In this document: one piece after another, positions 10,882-20,394 of the stretch
Layout of the letters: each line of letters opens with the position of its first letter
Position numbering within the stretch: position 1 is the first letter of the stretch
DNA from: an uncultured delta proteobacterium
GTDB taxonomy: Bacteria > Desulfobacterota > Binatia > UBA9968
Assembly (NCBI GenBank): GCA_963728565.1
Contig: CAVSLC010000002.1
Coordinates: 128,001-192,000, forward strand
DNA: 64,000 nucleotides
Reading direction: 5' to 3'
Position numbers and translations under genes: made by a program
The notes under the pieces: model-generated
Told to the model about the DNA's origin: nothing
Databases searched by the model: none
Seen by the model: only the letters and a program-made list of their open reading frames with translations

Positions 10882-11835
10882 CTAGAGGGGACCGCTGGAT
10901 TGCCTTCGCTCCGACGCGCTCGCCAGTAGCCCGGTGTCGCCTTGAACGACCGAACTCCGGTTAAATAGGCTGCGAAGCAAACCTAAGTTTTCGCGATCTT
11001 CCGCCAAGTCCAGCCCTTTGGGTGTTTCGAGACACATCGGCACACCCCAGAATCGCTTATCGTTCATCAGTAATCGAAAAGCCTCCACGCCGATGTGGCC
11101 TTTGCCGATATGCTCGTGCCGATCGACCCGCGAGTTAAATTCTTTTTTCGAGTCGTTGAGATGGAACGCGGCCAGCCGTTCAATGCCGATGGTTTCGTCG
11201 AATTCCGTGAATGTTCGTTCGTAGCCCTCGCTGGTTCGAATATCGTAGCCCGCGGCAAAAGCATGTTCGGTATCAAAGCACACCCGCAGGCGCTCGTTTT
11301 CTCGGGTGGCATCAAACATTCTAACGATGTGCTCGAAACGATAGCCGAGATTCGATCCCTGACCCGCGGTGATCTCCAGGGTCACTTTCACCTTGTAGCC
11401 GGGGCATGCCTGGTGCACTTCATTGAGAGAACTCGCGATGGTTTTAATGCCTTGGTCTTCTCCCGATCCGACATGGGAACCGGGATGGGCGATCAGATTC
11501 GAAATGCCCAATGTCTCGCAACGCTCCATCTCATCGATGAAGGCCAAAATGGAACGCTGCCGCAAAACGCCGTCGGGCGAGCCAAGATTCAATAGATAAG
11601 AGTCGTGGGCGATGACCTTCTTGATTCCGGTTGTTTTCTGATTCTCCCGATACTGTGCAATCTCTTCCTGCGTGTAGGGCTTACAGGCCCACCGGCGTGA
11701 CGACTTAGTGAAGATCTGAATCGCATCGCATTGAACTTTCGCGCCGAGCATCAGCGCGTTGCCGACGCCGCCGGCAATGGACATATGAGCTCCGAGTAAC
11801 GGGCCGCGCGATGTCGTTTTCGTATTAGTAACCAT
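10882..11835 (-). CDS. nfo: Endonuclease IV
   Basis: GAHMSIAGG, HDSYLLNL, HPGSH, EITAGQG, DTEH, HLNDSK, DRHEHIG, LETP motifs; start approximate. Confidence 0.93.
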   Translation of the reverse strand: MVTNTKTTSRGPLLGAHMSIAGGVGNALMLGAKVQCDAIQIFTKSSRRWACKPYTQEEIAQYRENQKTTGIKKVIAHDSYLLNLGSPDGVLRQRSILAFIDEMERCETLGISNLIAHPGSHVGSGEDQGIKTIASSLNEVHQACPGYKVKVTLEITAGQGSNLGYRFEHIVRMFDATRENERLRVCFDTEHAFAAGYDIRTSEGYERTFTEFDETIGIERLAAFHLNDSKKEFNSRVDRHEHIGKGHIGVEAFRLLMNDKRFWGVPMCLETPKGLDLAEDRENLGLLRSLFNRSSVVQGDTGLLASASERRQSSGPL

Positions 11836-11846
11836 TAGAACACTCG

Positions 11847-11909
11847 GAACAATTGAAACGAGTGGAACGAATTTGTGGCGCGACACGATTGCAGACGTTC
11901 CAATTGTTC
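11847..11909. repeat. Intergenic imperfect inverted repeat within short GGAAC/GTTC-type repeats
   Basis: GAACAATTGAAACG (11847-11860) versus CGTTCCAATTGTTC (11896-11909), 13 of 14 complementary. Confidence 0.5.
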
Positions 11910-11935
11910 AACGATGTTCGAAACATTGAGGATAA

Positions 11936-13544
11936 TCACGTGAAGTGTCTTCGTTCTACCAGCGGCAACGAAATGCTGCCGGCGCCGAGCAGGCGATCGT
12001 GGAAATTGCGCAAGTCGAACTTGGCGCCAAGTCGCGTGGTCTCTTGCTGGCGCATGCGATTGATGATCGACCAACCCAAAGCGTATCCCATCGGAACCGC
12101 CGGTGCTTGGCTGTACCAATTGAGATCACCACAGGCCTGCGCGCGCGGGAAATGCAGCTCGCGCACCATCAATTCCGCCGCCTGGTCGTAAGTCATTTTG
12201 TCGGTCTGCGTTTTGACATCGATGATAATGCGCAACGCACGCCATAGCCGATCCTTGAGCATCACAAAGCGGTGTTGCCTGCTTTTTAAAAAACCTTGCT
12301 CTTGCATGAGTTGCTCACAGTACAGCGCCCATCCCTCGTAGAAAACCGAGGACTCGTTCATGAGCCGCGGCAAGCTCGATGCTGTCGGTATCGAATTGGC
12401 GACCGAGAATTGAAGATGATGGCCGGGATAGCTTTCATGGACCGAGGTATTCTCGAGGCCCACCCAGTTATGCTCACGTAAGAGATCGTCATCCGTGACA
12501 GGTGTGACGTAGTAGTAGCCGACCTGGTCGGGGTCTTTGGGCGATGGCGAGAGATACGCGGCAAAGGGAATTTCGTGGCGGCGAAACTCCGGGGTGTGGA
12601 CCACGTGCAGTTCTTCTCTGGGCGGGAAAGAGACGAGCTCTCTATCTTTCACGAACTGCCGGGCGGATTGCATGGCTTTTTGATAAGCCGCCAGGATCTC
12701 CTCGCTTTTCGGATGGTCATCCTGAATCTTTCGCGTCACCTCCTCGATGCCTTCACCCGGCGCCACCTCCTCGGCGAGCGCGAACAGTTCCTGCCGGGTT
12801 TGAGAGAAAAGATTTTCCCCCAAAGTGAGAAGCGCCTGCGCGTCCAGCTCGAGAAAGTGTTTTTTCCTGAGCAGCAAGTTGTAATGCTCTTCTCCGACGG
12901 CGTAAACGCCGCGGCTGCGGGGCAGAAGACTCCCCGTCAGAAAACCTGCATAATCATCGATCGCGTTCTTTGCCCGCTCAATCGCAGCTCGAAGTGTTGC
13001 GCTATCTTTGATGGTTGCCTGAACTTTCGGATGGCTGGGCAGCGTCTCCAGAAAGTTGGTGCCGCCCTTTAGCCGCTTGAATGGACATTTCGGTCCACAG
13101 CCGAGGCGGATTGGCTTCCGGCCGGCTTAGATTGCTGATTCCCTGACGGACCAAATCGGCCGTGCCCTGCAGGCGGCTTAGAAGATTTTTTTCCAGATCA
13201 TCGGTTTCCCGCACTGTCAGGATGTAGATGGCATCTGTAGCAAGATAGTGATCGGGCCACTTCAGCCGGTAATCCTCTTTCTCCTGCTCATATTTTTGGA
13301 TGCTCAAGCGCCCCTCCAGGAGAGCGTAATCGATGGCCTGATCGGCATCCAAATCATTGGCTGATATCTGAGCCAAGGTTTCCAGCGAATCATTAACCAG
13401 CCTCTTCTGCGCGGCGTAGGTCTCATCGGAATAATCGTTCAACAGATGATCGTAACCGGTCACGCCGTAGTAGATCGCTTCAGCGGGATGAAGGCGGAAG
13501 TATTTCTCGAAATAATCAGCGCAGAAATCAACGAAACTAGGCAT
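11936..13544 (-). CDS. DUF885 family protein (1-nt frameshift near 13066)
   Basis: HESYPGHHLQ, EGWALYCE, LWRALRIIID motifs; ORF 13002-13544 joins the frame of ORF 11936-12877 if one G is removed from AAAGGGCGGC. Confidence 0.85.
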
Positions 13545-13625
13545 GGATAGGGAGTATCATCTAAATAGAGGCGACGCAATTTTCTTCATTCTTGGCAGTC
13601 CTAGGGAGTCGGAAAATTTATGGAA

Positions 13626-13850
13626 TTATGCTTCGAACATAGAACTATCGAAGGGCGTGGCGCCATGAATAACTCTCAGCATATAGACGGTGGTTTTTGC
13701 GATCCGGAACACGCAGCGATAATGGCCGACCACCAAGTGACCGTAGTGCGTGGCCAAGATCTCGTTCTCAGGGATGAGCGGAGATCTTTCGGGAAAGGCT
13801 CTAGAGCTTCGATCTGTTCTTCGAACCATCGCCGTTTGATGCGCCGGCTG
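13626..13850 (-). pseudogene. RelE/ParE-type toxin remnant (C-terminal half)
   Basis: EEQIEALEP|FPERSPLIPENEIL...HYGHLVVGHYRCVFRI...TVYMLRVIHGA; frameshift, no intact N-terminus, no antitoxin. Confidence 0.65.
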
Positions 13851-14016
13851 GTCGCGGCGATTGCTCCTTCTGGCGCAAGCTTCGTCACGGCAAGAACAAC
13901 GCGCGACGGTGAGATAGAGCGTGCCGTTTGCTCTGACCGTCTTTCTCCGGTCGCACGCTCCACTGTTTGTATTGCAGGTATGTGCTGTTCTATACAATCA
14001 TCCAAGGAGGAGCTTC

Positions 14017-14430
14017 ATGGCAAACCGCTGGTTGTTCAAGACAGAGCCAAGTGTTTATTCGTTTCAACAATTGCAGAAAGACAAGAAAACGGTTTGGGAC
14101 GGCGTGGCTAATAATCTCGCGCTAAAAAATCTCAAAGATATTAAAAAGGGCGAGCAGATATTCATCTATCACACGGGCGACGAGAAGGCGGCCGTCGGTG
14201 TGGCAAAAGCCTTGGGCGGCGCGTATCCCGACCCCGGCAAGAACGATGCAAAGCTGCTGGTCGTCGATATCGAAGTAGGAAAGCCGCTAGCGAAACCCGT
14301 CACTCTCGCCGAGGTTAAAGCGCATCCCAAGTTAAAAAGTTTCGATCTGGTGCGAAACTCCCGTTTATCGATCATGAAGGTGACCGACGAGCAGTGGGAG
14401 ATCATGGAAGGCATGGCCAAAAGCAAATAG
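14017..14430 (+). CDS. EVE domain protein
   Basis: AAGGAGG RBS then MANRWLFKTEPSVYSF...WDGV.N..A...FIYHTG...LVRNSRLSIM. Confidence 0.9.
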   Translation: MANRWLFKTEPSVYSFQQLQKDKKTVWDGVANNLALKNLKDIKKGEQIFIYHTGDEKAAVGVAKALGGAYPDPGKNDAKLLVVDIEVGKPLAKPVTLAEVKAHPKLKSFDLVRNSRLSIMKVTDEQWEIMEGMAKSK

Positions 14431-14487
14431 GCGCGAGGCCACCGGCACGAGGCACAAAAATAAGGACAGGAAATAGGAACTAATATA

Positions 14488-15456
14488 ATGGCGGAACAAG
14501 GCAAACACGATCACCGACACGATCACGATCATCATCAAGGCGATCATAAACACGCGGATCAGCACGATCACTCCCAGGGCCACGATCATGCCGATCATGC
14601 TCATTCACATGATCACGATCACGGTCATTCGCACGAACACGGGCACAGCCATGGGCACGATCATAAGACCCGGTTCCACGATCCGGCGCACGCGGCGGAA
14701 TTTGACCGGCGTTCGACGATGGAGGGGATCCGCGGCGCGCTAACAACCAAGATGATCGAGACGCTGGCGCTTAGCGGTAACGAATGGGTGCTGGATGTGG
14801 CCACCGGCACCGGGCGTGTCGCCCGGCCGGTTTCCAAGCACATGAAGGCCGGTAACATTGTCGGTGTCGATCAGGCTTTGGCGATGCTCGATGTCGGTCA
14901 CCAGCACAAAGAGCCGATTTCTTGCTACAGCCAAAGCGCCGGCGCTGCCGATGCCTTGCCGTTTAAATCCAATTCCTTCGATCGGGCGTTTGTCTCGTTC
15001 AGCTTGCATCACTTCGGCAATCCGTCAGGCGTGGTCAAAGAAGTGCTGCGAGTGCTGAAGGGCAACGGCAGGTTCGTTGTGCTCGATCCAATTATCGAAG
15101 AAGCCAAAGACGCGGTGGATGCGGCACTGGAGGTAAAAATCAATCAGGTCTTCCGGCGCACGCACGGCCCGGAGTTTCGCTTTCACACGGCGAGCAGCAT
15201 TCAGCGCCTGCTGTCTAAAGCCGGCTATCGTATTCCACGCACGAATATTTTGTCTTACTCGTTCAATCAGGAAGGAATGGACGGAATCCCGACCGGCCGT
15301 CATTGGCTCGAAGCGGCGCTTGAGCTCGAAAAGGAAGCGCCGGAGCTCGCCGAACGCATGAAGAAAAATTATTTTACCTGGCAGGCGCACGGCGACCACG
15401 CTCACGTAAAGGGCAGCTTTTCTTATGCGCTGATTACGGGCGTGAAGCCCGCGTAG
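14488..15456 (+). CDS. Class I SAM-dependent methyltransferase with a long His-rich N-terminus
   Basis: VLDVATGTG, VGVD, LPF..NSFD, SLHHF, EVLRVLK motifs; 24 His in residues 7-59. Confidence 0.88.
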   Translation: MAEQGKHDHRHDHDHHQGDHKHADQHDHSQGHDHADHAHSHDHDHGHSHEHGHSHGHDHKTRFHDPAHAAEFDRRSTMEGIRGALTTKMIETLALSGNEWVLDVATGTGRVARPVSKHMKAGNIVGVDQALAMLDVGHQHKEPISCYSQSAGAADALPFKSNSFDRAFVSFSLHHFGNPSGVVKEVLRVLKGNGRFVVLDPIIEEAKDAVDAALEVKINQVFRRTHGPEFRFHTASSIQRLLSKAGYRIPRTNILSYSFNQEGMDGIPTGRHWLEAALELEKEAPELAERMKKNYFTWQAHGDHAHVKGSFSYALITGVKPA

Positions 15457-15512
15457 CGGGCTGTTCGTCTTCAAGGTTCCGGGGTTTGATGTTTTGCGGT
15501 CGATTGCTCGGT

Positions 15513-15542
15513 TACCCTCGCCCATTCTAATGGGAGAGGGTA
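15513..15542. repeat. REP-like palindrome (CCCTCnCCC...GGGAGAGGG type)
   Basis: TACCCTCGCCCATT-CT-AATGGGAGAGGGTA hairpin with one mismatch. Confidence 0.6.
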
Positions 15543-15580
15543 AGGGTAGGCTAATCGAGCGTTCGGTGGCAAACGTTGCG

Positions 15581-15616
15581 TTGACCGAGCTCGATTTGAT
15601 GGCTATTATAGCTATA
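15581..15616 (+). promoter_or_regulatory. Sigma-70 promoter of vapBC with overlapping palindromes; probably leaderless
   Basis: TTGACC-17 nt-TATTAT-6 nt-ATG; palindromes GCTAT-T-ATAGC and TATAGCTATA over the -10/+1 region. Confidence 0.7.
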
Positions 15617-15915
15617 TGAAAAAAGCCGGCATCGCAGCTCTCAAAAACAACCTATCGCGCTATCTCGATCAGGTAAAAGGCGGTGAAACGATCTTGGTCA
15701 TGGATCGCAATCAACCCGTGGCGCAGATTGTGCCGTTGCCAAGCGCCGCGCGGGGCTTGGTTTCAGACGACGATCGCCTTTCGCGGCTTGAAAGAAAAGG
15801 ATTAATTCGACGCGCCGTTCCCGGGCACAATAAGTGGCTTGCGAAGCATCGTCCTGTCAAGGTCAAAGGCAGCGTGTTGCAAGGTCTTCTAGATGAGCGC
15901 GGGAGCGGGTGGTGA
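15616..15915 (+). CDS. Phd/YefM-type antitoxin
   Basis: GIAALKNNLSRYLDQVKGGETILVMDRNQPVAQIVP; overlaps the PIN toxin gene. Confidence 0.88.
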   Translation: MKKAGIAALKNNLSRYLDQVKGGETILVMDRNQPVAQIVPLPSAARGLVSDDDRLSRLERKGLIRRAVPGHNKWLAKHRPVKVKGSVLQGLLDERGSGW

Positions 15916-16337
15916 GATTTTGGGATTCCTCGGCGATTGTCCCACTGATGATTGTGGAGCCTGGTTCGGCTCGAGTTCGGAACTGGTTTGACAGCGATTC
16001 TGAAATTATCGTCTGGACTTTGACCCGCGTAGAGCTTCTATCGGCCATCGCCCGCCTGCGGCGCGAAGATTCCCGTTTCGCGCCAATTCTTACCGTCGCC
16101 CGGCGAAATATAATGCGCGCTTGGGATGGGTGGTCGGAGATAACAAATGTTGAATTAGTCCGCCGTCACGCCGAGCGACTGGTTGAATCTTACCACTTGC
16201 GAGCCGCTGACGCGCTCCAACTCGGCGCAGCTCTGATTGCTGCTGAAGGTGATCCCACTAACTTGGAATTGGTAACTCTGGACCATAATCTCGCTGATGC
16301 CGCCGAGCGCGAGGGCTTTGCAGTTCTCGGCCCGTGA
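15909..16337 (+). CDS. vapC: VapC PIN-domain toxin
   Basis: FWDSSAIVPL, RVELLSA, LRAADALQLGAA, LVTLD acidic PIN motifs. Confidence 0.9.
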   Translation: MVRFWDSSAIVPLMIVEPGSARVRNWFDSDSEIIVWTLTRVELLSAIARLRREDSRFAPILTVARRNIMRAWDGWSEITNVELVRRHAERLVESYHLRAADALQLGAALIAAEGDPTNLELVTLDHNLADAAEREGFAVLGP

Positions 16338-16370
16338 CCGGCGGGAATTCTGACAATGGAGAGATGAATC

Positions 16371-16637
16371 ATGGCGGTCAAAAAAGCCGACTTTCGAACC
16401 TTCTATAAGGACGCGCATGCCGTCGAATGTTTAAGCGAACGTGAGAAAATGCTCATGGGTTTAGCCGTCGCGATGATGCGGCTGTGCGATCCGTGAGTGG
16501 ACCGGCGCCTTGCGGACGCAAGGAAAGCGGGGATGACCGAAGAAGAACTGGATGCCGCGGTCGATGTGATTTCTGCCGTGGATGCGGGGGTGCTGCAGTC
16601 CTTGAATCAGAGGATCAAACAACGCAGCAAGACGTAA
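16371..16637 (+). CDS. Selenocysteine-containing AhpD/carboxymuconolactone-decarboxylase-like protein, 88 aa, CxxU
   Basis: GGAGAG RBS; MAVKKADFRTFYKDAHAVECLSEREKMLMGLAVAMMRLCDP-TGA(16494-16496)-VDRRLADARKAGMTEEELDAAVDVISAVDAGVLQSLNQRIKQRSKT*; the CMD pattern spans the TGA. Confidence 0.85.
16508..16523 (+). promoter_or_regulatory. Bacterial SECIS-like hairpin
   Basis: CCTTGC-GGAC-GCAAGG perfect 6-bp stem, loop begins with G, starts 11 nt after the in-frame TGA. Confidence 0.75.
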
Positions 16638-16811
16638 AAGAGCTGCGCGGGCTACAGGAGGACAAAAAGTTTAAAGGTCAATAAACGACATTTTGAGTGC
16701 GACGAGAGTGCAGACTAACCACTAAGACCCTCGACCTTTTTGTAGTTAAAGCTTTTTGTCTTGCCGGGCGACCCTTGCGGCTTTAATATTACCAAACGGT
16801 CAGTCGAGCAA

Positions 16812-17599
16812 ATGAAGAAAACTAAATACTATATCCGAGCTCGATTTTCTCCCGACATTCTTCGGGCGGCAGGAGATCGTCTTTGGCTCGGTCTCGATGG
16901 ATCAATACCATCGGCTCGCGGTTCGCTAAGAGTCGACTTAGATGATGCGACGTGGAATCATGACTCCGAAGAAGAGTTCTTTGCAGACTACCGACAGTCT
17001 AGCGGCGGCACTGCATAATCCTGGCGGACACGCGAAAACCGTTCACTCAACGTGTCTTTCCACCACGAGGGAACCCAAGTTGAGGTTGAGGCCCCCACCC
17101 GTCAATTAATTCAAGCAACCTTTGAGGTCTTCGAGCATGCCCTAAGTGAGTCGCTTCGCCCGAGGCTCCACTCGCAAAACCGATTGTTTTTATTGGACAT
17201 GGCAGATCATGGGCATGGTGGGATTTGAAGGAGGACCTCCAAGACAAGCATGGTTATAAAGTCGAAGCTTACGAGGCTGGCGCCCGAGCTGGGCACGCGA
17301 TTAGGGACATCTTAGGAGAAATGCTGGAAACCAGTTCCTTCGCGGTTCTCGTACTCACTGGAGAAGACGATACGGCAGCCGGAGATTTGAGGGCACGTCA
17401 AAACGTGATTCACGAAGCGGGTCTTTTTCAGGGCCGTCTTGGCTTTGCTCGGGCTGTTCTTTTAGTCGAAGATGGGGTCGAACTATTCTCCAATATTAAC
17501 GGGATACAACAGATTCGCTTCGCGAACGGTCATATCGCGGAGACCTTTGGTGAAGTCCTGGCCACGCTACTCCGCGAATTTGGAAAGCCTGACTCCTAA
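16812..17599 (+). pseudogene. TIR-like (CAP12/Pycsar-type) nucleotide-binding protein, disrupted
   Basis: IVFIGHGRS...SSFAVLVLTGED...RARQNVIHEAGLFQGRLG...LFSNINGI; in-frame TAA at 17016-17018 and a frameshift near 17158. Confidence 0.75.
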
Positions 17600-17667
17600 A
17601 CTCGTTCCGGAAGGTGGAACGACGTTCATCGCGTATTGGTCACTTTTTAGTTATTTCGGTGCGGTGC

Positions 17668-19240
17668 TTATTTGTTGGTTTTTTCCAACTCCGCTTTGAC
17701 ATCCCGCATTTTTTTGAAATTCTTTTCTGCGCCAGGACGAAAACCTTCTATCATATTATTAAAGCTTTCGAATTCACCGACACCTTGTCGAGCTATACGC
17801 GTAAGAGTCTCCGTTACATGTTTATTCTGCGGAAACATCTCGTTTATTTGTTCTATTCGCTCCTTCCTACTAGCAGTGTATTGCGGCTTGTTGGCCATAA
17901 CCACACCGTAGTGAAAATCCAACATAGCCTTAGCAAGCCGCTTGGATGCTGCACTGATGTCAGACGGATAGGCGTTAGGGTTTTGTTCCATCCATTTCTT
18001 TGCAGAATCCAGAGTCTTAAAAATATCATCATTTAATATTAAGGCCAAGAACAGCCCTGCTTTCGGCAATTCTTCTCTACTGACAAGATCTTCGCCATAC
18101 AGAAGCACCCCGTGCCTTAGCAATAATTCGGTGCTTTCGGCACTGTTCTGAAAGAAATTGTGCCCGCGTAAAAACGTCTACAGCAAACGAATCCTCTTTC
18201 TTCGAGACCTGTGCCGTTTCACGATTGACTACGACATAAAGGTTGATGTCCGAGTATTCTTCTTCGTATTCGCCACGCCCAAGGCTACCGACAGGATATA
18301 CAGAAGCGATCCTTTCCTGATTTATGTCGCTTAAATTAGAGACTAAGGCGTCGAGCAGCTGTTTTTGCGGTTGTTGAATTTTAGCGATAGAGCTCCTGTT
18401 TCTCACGTCTAAAGAGCTAAGCATCGAACTATGTTCAGCAACTATTGTCGCTGCCTGCTCCTGAAATGATGGCAGTCTAAAATGGTTAACTAATGCGCCA
18501 GATATCTTCTCTATGTTTTCCTCAATGGCGCGAAGAGTTACTTCGACTTTAGATGATGCTCCTGAAAAAAGTCGCTCCTCGCTTTCGAGTCGCATTTTTT
18601 CAATTTCGTTTTTACCATACTCACTGAGCCATTCCAGAAAATAAGGTTGGGTGGCGATGTTAACGAACTGAAGATTTAGAAAATCTTTATCGTATCTGAA
18701 CCCGCTAACGCGATGGTGATGACGCGTACGTTTTCTCAGGGCGACGGCAATGTTGCTCGTAGGGCTATTCTGGTCCCACTGTTTAAGTTCCTGCTCAATA
18801 CCAATAGTCGCAAGCAGTTGCTGTTTCTTTTTCATCAAATCAGCAAGCGAAACATCACTCTCGACGGAGGGTTTCTCAGGGATCGTGCTTTCTGTCATCA
18901 TGTGTACCAGTTGTATAACCTTGTCCTTCATTTGATGAACGAGGCCTAGAAACACGCCCTGATAATAGGCAAGCAATTCTTGTCGGCTTGTTCCGACTGG
19001 TACTTCGCCAAGCCTACATTGGCTGATAAGCGCTTTTGTCAAAAATAGCTCTTTAAAAACCCTCTCTATCTCATCCACATATTCCGACTGCCTCTGTAAG
19101 AATCTCAACTCCTTAGAGACCTGACCCACGGCTATGTGTTTTGGCTCGCTATTCGCTTTTTGAATACTCGGTAACAGACAGCCTAGCCGTAGCTTGTCTA
19201 GATTAGTTTGTGCTGATTGGCTCTCCATATGATGTTCCAT
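17668..19240 (-). CDS. HEPN-like domain fused to a Pol-beta-type nucleotidyltransferase (frameshift near 18112)
   Basis: YYQGVFLGLVHQMKDK...RKRTRHHH (Rx4H), then VGSLGRGEYEEEYSDINL; RIIAKA|GVLLYGED continues into ORF 17668-18123; visibly AT-richer than flanks. Confidence 0.65.
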
Positions 19241-19664
19241 AAATGGTTAAAGTATTTGCCGGAAATGACCAACATGCGACTTTTCTGATCGTAGCACCAA
19301 ACCGGAGGTGCCTCATTCAAGGGTCGGCTGCTAGTTATCATGTAACTACTGGCGCCAAATTTTTATCGTTCCGTGTAACTTGTCAATTCTCTCGCCGTCC
19401 ACTCCAGCATCCAACAAACCGCTGTTGAGGTTGAGACGGTCCTAAAAGGTCGGTTGGGATCAATAGCGGATTTTCCGAAAGTTATGAGGCAGATGACATA
19501 AAAATCATATTCTCCTCGCAATGAAAGCCCGATGCGCCGGGTGGTGGTTATCTGACGAACTTCTGCCGGTGTTTCCATCGAATCATCTTTTGCCGTTGTA
19601 CGAGAGCGTTCATCCATACCACCAGAAAAACATGGCTGAATATGTAGGGCACAAGTATTTAAGA

Positions 19665-19685
19665 GCGGCGTCTACCAGACGCCGC
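19665..19685. terminator. GC-rich hairpin, possible terminator of the TPMT gene
   Basis: GCGGCGTCT-ACC-AGACGCCGC 9-bp perfect stem; weak U-tract. Confidence 0.4.
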
Positions 19686-19786
19686 ACAGGTTCTCTGAAG
19701 GATCTTTTTGAGATCCGATGGTTGTCACCGGGCACCGATAGCCGGTTAGCGACTCGATGGTACCGACAACTTGGCAGCCCAACTGA

Positions 19787-20394
19787 TTACACTGAATCGA
19801 TCTTCAGCCATTCCTGCCATCTTTCCATGTCACTGAATAGGGGCAGGGAGTCCGTCGTCGCTTCACTGCGCGCTAACTCGAAGCGTTTTTTGAAAAGCTG
19901 CTCGGCTTCGGGCTCTGTAATCGGCAGGGGCGGTCCCGACGACGACCGTTGATCCATATAAAAAGACGCCAATCAATCTGCCGCCGGGCACCAAAAGATC
20001 TGTCATTCTGTTCACATATTCGGGCCAGCGCGAAGGAGTCATTGAACAAAGAAATGTCCGTTCGTAGATGAGGTCGAATCGGCGCTCGCCGAAATCGTAG
20101 GTAAAGAAGTCTCCCAGAACAACCCGTTCAGCCAAGGACCCAAGCACCCGTTTGGCCTGGGCCACAGCCGCAGGCGAAAAATCTATTGCTGAAACATCGT
20201 AGCCCGGCTGCATGGAACGCCTGAATCTCGTAGCCCGATCCGCATCCCGGAATCAGTACTCTGCCCGGAACAGAAGATCTCTCAAGAAACGATCTCAAGG
20301 CGGATGGAACACCGCCGAAGTCCCACGGTGTTTTGCCGGACGCATAACGAGCGGTCCAGAAATCCGGCTGGTTATTGTCGGAAGAATTTTCCAT
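19787..20394 (-). CDS. Thiopurine S-methyltransferase-like protein (two frameshifts)
   Basis: FWTARY...TPWD, RVLIPGCGSG, DFS..A, GDFF, DLIYERTFLC, GPP motifs distributed over ORFs 20128-20532, 19863-20213 and 19787-19972. Confidence 0.8.

Noticed and set aside
16484-16684. 66-aa ORF from the track
   Set aside because: Out-of-frame shadow of the selenoprotein's second half; no RBS or family motif
19409-19460. attC-like left arm ATCCAACAAACCGCTG with a downstream GTTGGGA
   Set aside because: No convincing complementary inner boxes, no second site and no integron integrase
19243-19780. Short ORFs between the HEPN fusion and TPMT
   Set aside because: No recognisable motif or RBS; possibly decayed sequence
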